Shown one piece after another: positions 36,654-45,801 of a DNA stretch of 64,000 nucleotides (the stretch's first letter is position 1; every line of letters starts with the position of its first letter). Location: contig MFVS01000008.1 in NCBI GenBank assembly GCA_001786195.1, forward strand, positions 21,057-85,056. The letters are read 5' to 3'. Under the pieces are notes generated by a model that was not told where the DNA came from, did no database searches, and saw nothing but the letters and a program-made list of their open reading frames with translations. The DNA is from Candidatus Nomurabacteria bacterium RIFCSPLOWO2_12_FULL_40_42 (GTDB taxonomy: Bacteria; Patescibacteriota; Minisyncoccia; Phycocordibacterales; UBA9973). A program made the position numbers and the translations under genes.

Positions 36654-37112
36654 ATGAAAAATTTTTACCAACGGGGGATCGGCATCATCGAAATATTGAT
36701 TGTTATCGCCGTGCTTGGCCTTCTAGTGGCGATTGTTGTGCCGCAATTTTCTAAAATGCGGGAAAATCAGGCGCTGAAAAACGCCGTCGGAGAGGTATTG
36801 TCCTCGATAGACAAAGCGCGATCCCAGACTCTTTCGTCATTAAATTCTTTTTCCTACGGAGTGCGTTTTGAGTCTGATAAAGTTATAATTTTCAAAAGCA
36901 CAGCTTTTAATCCTAACGCCACCGATAACGAAACTATAAACATCGTAGCGCCCGCGAGCATTTCAACTATTGCTCTTTCTGGCGGGGGTTCTGATATATA
37001 TTTCAACCGCCTTTCCGGAATTCCAAGTAAGACCGGTAATATAACCATTTCCACTCCAAATTATTTCAAAGTTATTAATATAAGCGCCACCGGTATAGCG
37101 AGTGTTAATTAA
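36654..37112 (+). CDS. Type IV minor pilin (FimT/GspH-like)
   Basis: Prepilin motif QRG|IGIIEILIVIAVLG. Confidence 0.88.
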   Translation: MKNFYQRGIGIIEILIVIAVLGLLVAIVVPQFSKMRENQALKNAVGEVLSSIDKARSQTLSSLNSFSYGVRFESDKVIIFKSTAFNPNATDNETINIVAPASISTIALSGGGSDIYFNRLSGIPSKTGNITISTPNYFKVINISATGIASVN

Positions 37113-37550
37113 ATGCCAAAAGAAAAATTACAAAAAAAATTCACTACCGGGTTTATGGTGATTGAGGTATTGATTGCCTCTTCGATTATTACTGTTTCTA
37201 TTTTGGCGGCGATGGCGGTGGCGCAAAAGTCGGTTTATGTCTCCCGCCAGGCTTTCCATGTGAGCCAAGCCGCTTTCTTGCTCGAAGAAGGCGCAGAGAA
37301 TGCGCGGATTGCTCGGGATAATGCCTGGAGCAATGTGACAGCTCTTAATTCTTCGGAAACGGTCGGTATTTTTACCAGGACAGCGGTCGCTTCGAGCGTT
37401 AATCGGGACAATGCAACCAAAGATATCGTAACTTCGGGCGGGACATCCGACGCCGGCACAAAATTAATTACTGTGACGGTGTCTTGGAAGGAAGGCGGTA
37501 CGACTGTTACTAAAACATTACAATTTTATTTAACCGATGTTTTTTCTTAA
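37113..37550 (+). CDS. Type IV minor pilin (PilV-like)
   Basis: TTG|FMVIEVLIA; C-terminal ITVTVSW. Confidence 0.85.
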   Translation: MPKEKLQKKFTTGFMVIEVLIASSIITVSILAAMAVAQKSVYVSRQAFHVSQAAFLLEEGAENARIARDNAWSNVTALNSSETVGIFTRTAVASSVNRDNATKDIVTSGGTSDAGTKLITVTVSWKEGGTTVTKTLQFYLTDVFS

Positions 37551-37556
37551 AAGATA

Positions 37557-38066
37557 ATGAAAATTATAAAATTGAAAATTAAAAATTTTAAAAAAGGCTA
37601 CGCGATTCTCGAACTACTTTTTTATATTTCTTTTTTTACAGTTCTCGCCTTGGTGGTGATCAATGCCATGATAGCGATGGCGAAGTCCTTTCGGGAAACG
37701 GCGATTTATGCGGAATTGGACCAAAGCGCAAATATTATGGAGCGCATGTCTCGAGAAATCAGGCAAGCTAACAGTATCAGTTCAATCAGTCCAACTAACT
37801 TGATTTTAAATACTAAAGATGAGGATGATAATGACAAAACAGTGGAATTTAAATTTGTTAGTCCCAATATCCAGTTTTGGAATGACGGCAGCAATGTCGG
37901 AGATTTAAATTCACCTAAGATAATTGTCACTGGACTTACTTTTACGGAGATAACGACTGCTAAAGGAAAAGCGGTGAAAATAGTTCTTTCGATCCGTTCC
38001 GTGAATGACAGTTTGAGTCGCACAGTCGATTTTTATGATACCATTGTGCTTCGAGGTAGCTATTAA
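37557..38066 (+). CDS. Type IV minor pilin (PilW-like)
   Basis: KKG|YAILELLFY; MERMSREIRQA. Confidence 0.85.
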   Translation: MKIIKLKIKNFKKGYAILELLFYISFFTVLALVVINAMIAMAKSFRETAIYAELDQSANIMERMSREIRQANSISSISPTNLILNTKDEDDNDKTVEFKFVSPNIQFWNDGSNVGDLNSPKIIVTGLTFTEITTAKGKAVKIVLSIRSVNDSLSRTVDFYDTIVLRGSY

Positions 38067-38067
38067 G

Positions 38068-39318
38068 ATGAAAAATAATTTTAAAAAAATTAAAAAAAAT
38101 GGTGGCGCGGCGATGCTTATCTCCGTAATTTTCTTCTTGTTTATCTCCCTGGCTATAATTTCCGGGCTGGTGGGCCCGACTCTGCGGGAATTTCGAAATG
38201 CCGATATTAATTTAAAATCCAAACAGTCATATTTCTTGGCAGAGTCGGGAGTCGAGGATGCTTTTTATAGGATTAAAAATAATATGGCAATTGGAAGTAG
38301 CGAAAGTCTTACTCTAAGTTCCAACCAAGTCACTACCGCAATTACCAATGTTTCAGGCGGTGGCAAAAATATCACTTCTCTAGGCGATGTCTTAAATTAT
38401 GAACGCAAGATTTCTGTATCGTTGATCCCGGGCGAGGGTGTTTCGTTTAATTACGGAATGCAAATAGGGAATGGCGGATTGACGATGACAAATCATGCAA
38501 GAATAAATGGGAACGTGTATGTAAATGATGATGTTACAGGCGTAAACGATGCGCGGGTGACAGGCACCGCCATAGCCACTGGCACAATCAGCGGTATGGA
38601 TATCGGGGAGTTCGGGGTCGGCAATGCCTGGGCGCACACTGTAAATAATTCCAACATTGCCGGCAGTTTATACTGTCAAACAGGCAGCGGGAACAATAAA
38701 AGCTGCAATACATCGCAGGGAGATCCGGCCATGATTGATTTTCCCATTTCCGATGAACAAATCCGATCATGGAAAGATGAAGCACTCACCGGCGGAACAC
38801 AGACTGGAAATGTTAATTTGTCCGGAGGAGATACTATGTCGATTGGTCCCCGAAAAGTAGTCGGCAATTTAAATTTAAGCAATAACGGCACAACTCTCAC
38901 AGTTTTGGGTACGCTGTGGGTGATTGGAAATATTAGTTTATCAAATGAGTCGCAAATCAGGCTTTCCAGTTTTTACGGAGGAGGTAGTGGAGTTATTATT
39001 GCTGACGGAACTATTTCCATGTCAAATGATTCTTCTTTGGCGGGTTCAGGAACTACCGGTAGTTACCTAATGGCAGTTACCACTTCCACGTCAGCTTCAG
39101 CAATTAATCTATCAAATAATGCCACAACCACTATTCTTGTTGCTCCGTACGGAAAAATAAGTTTTTCCAATCATGCCTCGGTGAAAGAAGTGATAGCGAG
39201 AGCCGTGGATATTTCAAATGATGCAACTCTTACCTATGAATCTGGCTTAATTAACGTTAATTTTACAAGCGGCCCATCAGGTGGCTATAATATCTCTAGC
39301 TGGAAGGAGGCAAAGTAA
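38068..39318 (+). CDS. PilX-like minor pilin with beta-helix C-terminal domain
   Basis: KNGG|AAMLISVIF; QSYFLAESGVEDA; ends ISSWKE. Confidence 0.8.
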   Translation: MKNNFKKIKKNGGAAMLISVIFFLFISLAIISGLVGPTLREFRNADINLKSKQSYFLAESGVEDAFYRIKNNMAIGSSESLTLSSNQVTTAITNVSGGGKNITSLGDVLNYERKISVSLIPGEGVSFNYGMQIGNGGLTMTNHARINGNVYVNDDVTGVNDARVTGTAIATGTISGMDIGEFGVGNAWAHTVNNSNIAGSLYCQTGSGNNKSCNTSQGDPAMIDFPISDEQIRSWKDEALTGGTQTGNVNLSGGDTMSIGPRKVVGNLNLSNNGTTLTVLGTLWVIGNISLSNESQIRLSSFYGGGSGVIIADGTISMSNDSSLAGSGTTGSYLMAVTTSTSASAINLSNNATTTILVAPYGKISFSNHASVKEVIARAVDISNDATLTYESGLINVNFTSGPSGGYNISSWKEAK

Positions 39319-39339
39319 ATATGCTATACTTTTCGTAGC

Positions 39340-40104
39340 ATGAAGAAGATAATTATCGGCAATTGGAAAATGAATCCGCCCACGCTCAAAGAAGCGGAGC
39401 AGTTGTTTTCAGTTCTAGCCAAAGGCGCCTCTTCCAGCAAAAAAACAGAAATTGTGATCTGTCCGCCGTTTGTCTACTTAGAAAAATTGAGTAAAATTCG
39501 AACTAGCAAAATAAAACTTGGGGCCCAGGATGCTTTTTATGAAGAGGTGGGGGCTTTCACTGGAGAAATTTCCGGAGAGATGCTTGATAACCTCCGCGTT
39601 AAATATGTAATTTTGGGCCACTCGGAAAGGCGGGCACTCGGAGAGACCAATGAAATGGTGAATCAAAAAATTAAAGCGGTACTTGCGGCGGGATTGATAC
39701 CGATTCTCTGTGTCGGAGAAACTGCGCGCGACGAAAGCCATGATTATTTTAATCTGGTCAAAATACAGCTCGAGGAATGCCTGGCCGGAGTTAAAAAAAC
39801 TTTTATTTCCAAAATAATTATTGCTTATGAACCCGTCTGGGCGATTTCTACTACGCCCAATCGCAAAGACGCAACTTCGGCTGATTCTCTGGAGATGGCC
39901 ATTTTTTTCAAGAAAATTCTCTCGGACAAATTTGGCCGCGAGGCGTCCCGCGGGAGAATTATTTACGGCGGCTCGGTGAGTGGAAAAGATGCCGGCGATT
40001 TTCTGCAAAACGGCGGCGTGGACGGGCTCCTGCCTGGCCGCGCCAGCTTGGATGCCAAGAAGTTTGTGGAGATTATAAAGATATGCGAAGTATTAAGCAA
40101 ATAG
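39340..40104 (+). CDS. tpiA: Triosephosphate isomerase
   Basis: GNWKMN, GHSERR, AYEPVWAI, YGGSV. Confidence 0.97.
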   Translation: MKKIIIGNWKMNPPTLKEAEQLFSVLAKGASSSKKTEIVICPPFVYLEKLSKIRTSKIKLGAQDAFYEEVGAFTGEISGEMLDNLRVKYVILGHSERRALGETNEMVNQKIKAVLAAGLIPILCVGETARDESHDYFNLVKIQLEECLAGVKKTFISKIIIAYEPVWAISTTPNRKDATSADSLEMAIFFKKILSDKFGREASRGRIIYGGSVSGKDAGDFLQNGGVDGLLPGRASLDAKKFVEIIKICEVLSK

Positions 40105-41147
40105 AAAATATTGAAGGTAAAACCGTGCTTCTGCGTGTAGATTTTAACGTGCCGATTAAAAATGGAAAAGTCGAAGATGATTTTCGGATAATTAAATCCC
40201 TACCCACGATAAGTTTTGTATTAGAAAAAGGTGCGAAAATTGTTTTAATTACTCATTTGGGTAAAGATGGGAGTGATAGTTTGGAGCCGGTTATTAAGCG
40301 TTTTTGGGAAGTAGCTAAGTTTCCAAAAGACAAAATAGAATTTTATGAAAATGTGCGAAAATTTCCTGGAGAAGAAAAAAATGACCCTAGTTTTGCTAAA
40401 AAACTAGCCGCCTTGGGCGATATTTATGTTAATGATGCTTTTCCCGTTTCTCACCGCCCCCACGCATCTATCGTTGGCATTCCGAAATATTTACCCTCTT
40501 ACGCCGGGCTTCAACTCGAGGAAGAAGTAAAAAATTTATCTCGCGCTTTTCAAAAACCAGAGCATCCATTTTTATTTATCCTGGGCGGAGCCAAATTTTC
40601 CACCAAAATTCCCTTAATAGAAAAATATTTAGAACTAGCCGACCAGGTTTTTATCGGCGGTGCTTTAGCGAATGATTTTTTAAAGGCCACCGGCTACGAA
40701 GTGGGGAAGTCTCTAGTGGACGACACGAATTATGGCATTGAAAAAGTATTAAAGAATAAAAAGTTAATTTTACCGGTTGATGTTGTAGTGAAATCCGGTG
40801 AAATTTTAATAAACAAAAAGTCGGATGAGGTCGGTAAAGAGGAAAATATTTTAGATATTGGCTCGGAAACAGTAAAAAATCTGGCATCACTTATCCAAGA
40901 TTCAAAGTTTATTCTTTGGAACGGGCCTCTCGGCAAATATGAAGAAGGCGGGGGAAATTCTACTAAAGAAATATTAAAATTAGTCGCAGATTCCAAAGCT
41001 CTTAGTATTATCGGGGGAGGAGATACAGTAGCTTTGATATCAGAAATGAATATGGAAGATAAATTTTCATCTGTCTCTACTGGCGGTGGCGCTACTCTTG
41101 AATTTCTCGCCAATGGCACTCTGCCAGGCATCAAAGCGCTTGAGTGA
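40083..41147 (+). CDS. pgk: Phosphoglycerate kinase
   Basis: RVDFNVP, YVNDAF, WNGPLG, GGGDT, STGGGATLEFL. Confidence 0.96.
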   Translation: MRSIKQIENIEGKTVLLRVDFNVPIKNGKVEDDFRIIKSLPTISFVLEKGAKIVLITHLGKDGSDSLEPVIKRFWEVAKFPKDKIEFYENVRKFPGEEKNDPSFAKKLAALGDIYVNDAFPVSHRPHASIVGIPKYLPSYAGLQLEEEVKNLSRAFQKPEHPFLFILGGAKFSTKIPLIEKYLELADQVFIGGALANDFLKATGYEVGKSLVDDTNYGIEKVLKNKKLILPVDVVVKSGEILINKKSDEVGKEENILDIGSETVKNLASLIQDSKFILWNGPLGKYEEGGGNSTKEILKLVADSKALSIIGGGDTVALISEMNMEDKFSSVSTGGGATLEFLANGTLPGIKALE

Positions 41148-41180
41148 TTTAAGCTTTTATTTATAAGGGTTTTTCTGGTA

Positions 41181-41209
41181 TTGACATAGAGGGTTTTTGG
41201 GTGTATAAT
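41181..41209 (+). promoter_or_regulatory. Consensus sigma70 promoter for the DGR target gene
   Basis: TTGACA (41181-41186), 17-nt spacer, TATAAT (41204-41209). Confidence 0.8.
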
Positions 41210-41304
41210 TTAAAGGTATACAAACGGCAGAAATCTCTGCAACCTGTCCGAGGCATTCGGAATATACCTGTGAGCAACGGGTGAATGTTCAATGAAAAGA
41301 AAGG

Positions 41305-41700
41305 TTGGGTAAAATCGTGAGTAGCGAAAAAATTGTCGACGGAGCCACTGGGGTGAAGGTCTATCTCAGGCGGTTGTTTGCGGACGAGACGATAACTTAT
41401 GGCGATGTGAAAGTTGTCATTTTCGAACTCGTTCAAAATGGCAATTTCCAGAAAATGTTTGGAGAGCTCGGCGAAAAGCGCCGATGTTGGAAAAACAAGG
41501 AGGAGGCGCTGGCTTTCGCCGAGCAAAATACGGAAAAGCTCGGTCCCAACAGCAACTTCTTCGAGCTTGAAGGCGGCTTCGTTGCCAACGTGAACCTCGA
41601 CGGGGACGGTCAGCCCTATGTGAACTTCGTGAGCCCGCTTTCGAACGACTCCGCTTGGTACGCCGGGTTTCAGCCTCGAGTGTTCTACCCGCAACAGTAA
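41305..41700 (+). CDS. DGR target protein with C-terminal variable region
   Basis: The last 119 coding nt before the end match the TR; C-terminus W..G...RVFYP; start codon uncertain (TTG or GTG). Confidence 0.85.
   Translation: MGKIVSSEKIVDGATGVKVYLRRLFADETITYGDVKVVIFELVQNGNFQKMFGELGEKRRCWKNKEEALAFAEQNTEKLGPNSNFFELEGGFVANVNLDGDGQPYVNFVSPLSNDSAWYAGFQPRVFYPQQ
41577..41695 (+). repeat. DGR variable repeat (VR)
   Basis: 109/119 identical to TR; 9 of the 10 mismatches are at TR adenines. Confidence 0.95.
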
Positions 41701-41726
41701 CTTGGTTACTCGTTGCAAAAAATCAC

Positions 41727-41772
41727 AACCGTTCTCAACCGGAAAAATCGCGTGGAGGACGGTTTTTCTTTT
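41727..41772 (+). terminator. Stem-loop plus T-tract downstream of VR (terminator and/or DGR homing hairpin)
   Basis: aaccgttctc (41727-41736) / gaggacggtt (41755-41764) followed by tttctttt. Confidence 0.6.
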
Positions 41773-42067
41773 GCCACTTTGAAACTTTTTCTCTTTGACC
41801 CTTTGTTTTTATATTTTTGATATACTGGTTATGTAATCGGGAAATGCTTACGGCTAAGGCTCTAAGCCATGATTATTTAAAAACGAGTTTGAGAATTTTG
41901 CCGGAAATTTTTCTTGCGAAAGAGTGAATTCTTTTTTAAAAACAAAAAAACATAAAAGTTGGTGCGATGAACTCGTAGGCTTCTACGCCTCAAATAATAT
42001 ACAGCACGATCTTTGGTATTAAATTATGCTCAGATCGGCAGTGCCATAGATGGTTCATCGCACAATT

Positions 42068-42186
42068 CTTCGTTGCCAACGTGAACCTCGACGGGGACGG
42101 TCAGCCCTATGTGAACAACGTGAACCCGCTTTCGAACGACAACACTTGGAACGCCGAGTTTCAGCGTCGAGTGTTCTACCCGAAAC
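42068..42186 (+). ncRNA. DGR template repeat (TR)
   Basis: AAC-rich copy of VR, 491 bp downstream and upstream of the RT. Confidence 0.95.
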
Positions 42187-42201
42187 TATTAAGTTTCTCC
42201 T

Positions 42202-42595
42202 TCATTTATGTGGAGGAGTTTTCTTTTCGAGACCTTTCTTCCAACCACCCAGCATTCTGCCTATTTCCTGCAAGTGTTCGGATAGAGCAGAATACTTTTC
42301 ATTCGGGATGCATTTATTTCCCCAAGCTATCTGCAGAAAGAATTTTATGCCGTCGAGTTTGGAAATCGCGATGATGAGACGAGGTATTTTAGTTTCCGGC
42401 GGGAGATATATTGAAACAAAAATATTTTCCAAAAGGCCGAGGAAATAATCTTCTATCTTTCCACCTAGGGTGTAGCGGTGCGCCTTTGGAAAATCATTGT
42501 ATATTTTAAACCAAAGAGAATAGGCTGTTTTTGTCTTTAAAAGCGCTGAAGGCGCTGCGGGGGGGGGTCCCGGAAATATGAAACAATTTATTCAT
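42202..42595 (-). pseudogene. avd: DGR accessory variability determinant Avd, frameshifted at a G9 tract (possibly phase-variable)
   Basis: The frame upstream of the listed 76-aa ORF reads ..YSLWFKIYNDFPKAHRYTLGGKIE..; C-terminus EIGRMLGGW; the only ATG (42595) is in frame only if the G-run 42559-42567 is 8 or 11 long. Confidence 0.8.
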
Positions 42596-43588
42596 ACTTA
42601 CGATAGTACCATAACAATAGAAAAACTGCTCAAGGCATGGCAGGAATTCGTGCGCGACAAGAAAAACAAAAAAGATGTGATTTTATTCCAGGCCAAGCTG
42701 ATGGATAACATATTCGATCTTTTTAATGATCTTAAAAACAAAACTTACAAGCACGGCGGTTATATCGCTTTTAATATATCAGATCCTAAACCTAGGCAAA
42801 TACACAAGGCAACAGTTCGAGATAGGTTGCTGCATCATTTGATATATCGAGAACTTTACGAACATTTTAATTCAAAATTTATCCACGACTCATATTCCTG
42901 CCGATTAAACAAAGGAACCCACAAAGCGATCAACAGATTCCGCGATTTTTTCCGAAAAGTTTCCAAAAATCACGCAAAGACGTGCTTTGTTCTCAAGTGC
43001 GATATCAAGAAATTCTTTGCCAACATTGATCATCAAATTTTAAAGCAAATTTTAGAAAAACACATCGAAGACAAAAATATTATCTGGCTTCTTTCACAAG
43101 TTATAAATAGTTTTTATACTCAACTAAATACTAAAAACTCTGCGATAGCAGAAAGTTTAGTAAAAGGTTTGCCATTAGGGAATCTAACTTCCCAACTTCT
43201 GGTAAATGTTTACATGAATGAATTTGACCAGTTTATGAAAAGAGAATTGAAAGTAAGGTATTATATACGATACGCAGACGATTTTGTAATATTGAGTGAT
43301 AATAAAAATTATCTTGAAGACTTACTTCTAAAGGTCTCTAGCTTCTTAGAAAAAGAATTAAAATTACAATTACACCCAGACAAAGTTTTTATGAAAACTT
43401 TCGCTTCCGGTGTTGATTTTCTAGGCTGGGTACATTTTTCAAAGTATAGAGTTTTGAGGACGAGTACAAAAAGAAAGATGTTGAGGAATCTTGAAAAAAA
43501 TTTTAAAGAAGAGTCACGACAGTCATATTTAGGAATGTTGAAACACGGGAATGCTTATAAGCTCAAAAGTGAGATTGAAAACTTATAA
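42578..43588 (+). CDS. DGR reverse transcriptase
   Basis: KPRQIH..RDRLLHH, KGTHKA, LKCDIKKFFANIDH, GLPLGNLTSQ (DGR SQ motif), YIRYADDF, GVDFLG. Confidence 0.95.
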   Translation: MKQFIHTYDSTITIEKLLKAWQEFVRDKKNKKDVILFQAKLMDNIFDLFNDLKNKTYKHGGYIAFNISDPKPRQIHKATVRDRLLHHLIYRELYEHFNSKFIHDSYSCRLNKGTHKAINRFRDFFRKVSKNHAKTCFVLKCDIKKFFANIDHQILKQILEKHIEDKNIIWLLSQVINSFYTQLNTKNSAIAESLVKGLPLGNLTSQLLVNVYMNEFDQFMKRELKVRYYIRYADDFVILSDNKNYLEDLLLKVSSFLEKELKLQLHPDKVFMKTFASGVDFLGWVHFSKYRVLRTSTKRKMLRNLEKNFKEESRQSYLGMLKHGNAYKLKSEIENL

Positions 43589-43615
43589 AAATTTTAATCA
43601 AAGCGCTTGAGTGAT

Positions 43616-44071
43616 TTACTTGGTAATTTTTTTAGCTGTTTCCTTTAGTTTCTCGTCAGACTCTTTTTTATAGTCATGCGAAGAAATATAACCTTCGTAT
43701 TTTTTAAAATATTTATCTATTTTTGATTCAAGTGGCTTCCAATTTTCCATATCTGCAGTTCCATGCATGGGATATAATTTAGAATGAACATGATTGATTC
43801 CAAATCCTTCAAAGACCATCGCTGTTCTACCTACATCTTTAAGTTTTGAATCCAAAAGTTTTGCAACTTTTTTTGTGGCTGTTATTAATCCACGAAGTAT
43901 TTCATCGGGCAAATCAAAAGCATAACTTGAGTAATGAGTTTTTGGTATTACAACAGTTACTCCTTCGGTATTTGGGAAAGGTGTCAGAAAAGCCATATGT
44001 AAAGAGTCTTCCCAGATTTTATAAGCAGGTGCCTCTCCTTTTATTATTTTGCAAAAAATGCAGTTTTCCAT
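43616..44071 (-). CDS. HIT family hydrolase
   Basis: MENCIFCKII...VIPKTH...INHVHSKLYP. Confidence 0.88.
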   Translation of the reverse strand: MENCIFCKIIKGEAPAYKIWEDSLHMAFLTPFPNTEGVTVVIPKTHYSSYAFDLPDEILRGLITATKKVAKLLDSKLKDVGRTAMVFEGFGINHVHSKLYPMHGTADMENWKPLESKIDKYFKKYEGYISSHDYKKESDEKLKETAKKITK

Positions 44072-44111
44072 AATTTCGTTATTATATCTCATTTATGCTA
44101 AAATTTCTTCC

Positions 44112-45797
44112 ATGTCTCTATTACTTGATGTTTTGCTTGAAAAAAGAAGTATTACGTCTGACCAGAAAGATATTTTTTTGAACCCGGATTACAAACGCGA
44201 TTTGCACGACCCTTTTTTAATGCGAGATATGGAAAAAGCTTGTGTTCGAATTTTTGAAGCGATCGAGAATAAAGAAAAAATAATTATTTACGCGGACTAT
44301 GATTGTGACGGTATACCCGGCGCCGTTATTTTAAATGACTTATTTATTTTTTTAGGATATAAAAATTACGAAGTCTATATTCCCAAAAGAAATTCGGAGG
44401 GCTATGGGCTGAATTTGGATGCGATAAAACAATTTGCCGATTCTGGAGTCAAACTTATTATTACCATTGACCTCGGTATTACGGCGGTAGCCGAGGTGGC
44501 GCAAGCGGAAGTGGATGGTATTGACGTGATTATTACCGATCACCACTTGCCTCGCCAAAGCGTCATCAGCGGCGGGCTTGCCTTCGACCTGCCTAGGGCT
44601 TATGCCATCTTGAATCCCAAGACTGATGAGTATTCAGAAAAAATGTTATGCGGGGCCGGAGTGGTTTTTAAATTTGCCCAGGGTTTCCTAAAAAAATACG
44701 GCGAATATTTTAAGGTTAAAGTTGGCGCGGAAAAATGGATGCTGGATATGGCGGGTCTGGCCACGCTCTCAGACATGGTGCCGCTCACGGGTGAGAATCG
44801 AGCCATTGCCTATTTCGGAATGAAAGTTCTGAAAAAATCTCCCAGGCCGGGATTGCAAAAACTTTTGGCTAAAATGAACATCGAGCAGAAATATTTATCC
44901 GCGGACGATATTGGTTTTATGGTAACTCCGCGGCTTAATGCTGCTTCCCGGATGGATGACCCGATGCGGGCTTTTGAGCTTCTTTCCACCGAGGATGAAG
45001 CCAAAGGGGGAATGCTAGCCGACCATCTGTCTAAAATAAATGATGAAAGAAAGAATATCGTTAAAGGAATAATGCGGGAGATAAATAAAAATTTCGAGAA
45101 ACGCAAACTTGAAAAAGTGATCGTGATCGGCAATCCTGCTTGGCTGGTGGGAGTCTTGGGACTTGTAGCTGGGAAGATTTGCGATGAATATGCAAAGCCG
45201 GTTTTTGTCTGGGGCAAGGACGAGAATGACTGCATCAAAGGGTCTTGCCGCAGCGACGGCTCGGTATCGGTGGTGGAGCTTATGACAGCAACCCGGGAAT
45301 CATTCATAGATTTTGGCGGACATGAGCTCGCGGGTGGGTTCACTGTTCACACCGAAAAAATTCATTTTTTGGAAGAAGCATTGTCGGTTTCTTTTAATCA
45401 AATTACCACCGCGGCCTCTGGTCACCTCCCCTCAATTGAGAAGGGGGAAGGGGGTGGTGATATGAAATTATCTCTTTCCGATATCAATCTGAATACTTGG
45501 CGACAAATAGAGAAACTCGAGCCTTTTGGTTTAGGCAATCCAAAGCCAATCTTTCTGTTTGAGGGCATAAAGATAGAGAAAATAAAAAAGTTTGGCAAAA
45601 ATGGTTCGGGCGAACATCTGGAAATTATTTTTTCTGACGCTTCCGGCAGAGCCAAGGCTGTTTCTTTTTTTTCCAGCGTTGACTCTTTTAAAAATACTTT
45701 GTCGGAGGGGCTTGGCGTGAATTTGCTCGCCACTTTTGATTTGTCTCGCTTTCGCGGCAGGGAAGAGTTAAGATTAAGAATTACTGATATAATATAG
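44112..45797 (+). CDS. recJ: Single-stranded DNA exonuclease RecJ
   Basis: YADYDCDG, ITIDLG, ITDHH, PRLNAASR, GSCRS, FGGHELAGG, LEPFGLGNP. Confidence 0.93.
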   Translation: MSLLLDVLLEKRSITSDQKDIFLNPDYKRDLHDPFLMRDMEKACVRIFEAIENKEKIIIYADYDCDGIPGAVILNDLFIFLGYKNYEVYIPKRNSEGYGLNLDAIKQFADSGVKLIITIDLGITAVAEVAQAEVDGIDVIITDHHLPRQSVISGGLAFDLPRAYAILNPKTDEYSEKMLCGAGVVFKFAQGFLKKYGEYFKVKVGAEKWMLDMAGLATLSDMVPLTGENRAIAYFGMKVLKKSPRPGLQKLLAKMNIEQKYLSADDIGFMVTPRLNAASRMDDPMRAFELLSTEDEAKGGMLADHLSKINDERKNIVKGIMREINKNFEKRKLEKVIVIGNPAWLVGVLGLVAGKICDEYAKPVFVWGKDENDCIKGSCRSDGSVSVVELMTATRESFIDFGGHELAGGFTVHTEKIHFLEEALSVSFNQITTAASGHLPSIEKGEGGGDMKLSLSDINLNTWRQIEKLEPFGLGNPKPIFLFEGIKIEKIKKFGKNGSGEHLEIIFSDASGRAKAVSFFSSVDSFKNTLSEGLGVNLLATFDLSRFRGREELRLRITDII

Positions 45798-45801
45798 GGC
45801 A

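Noticed and set aside
42050-42448. Plus-strand ORFs 42050-42448 and 42081-42374
   Set aside because: They are translations of the TR and the antisense of avd, not plausible genes.
42578-43588. Group II intron or retron RT
   Set aside because: Short RT with the SQ motif, no maturase/endonuclease extension, no intron domain V seen, and a TR/VR pair plus avd adjacent.
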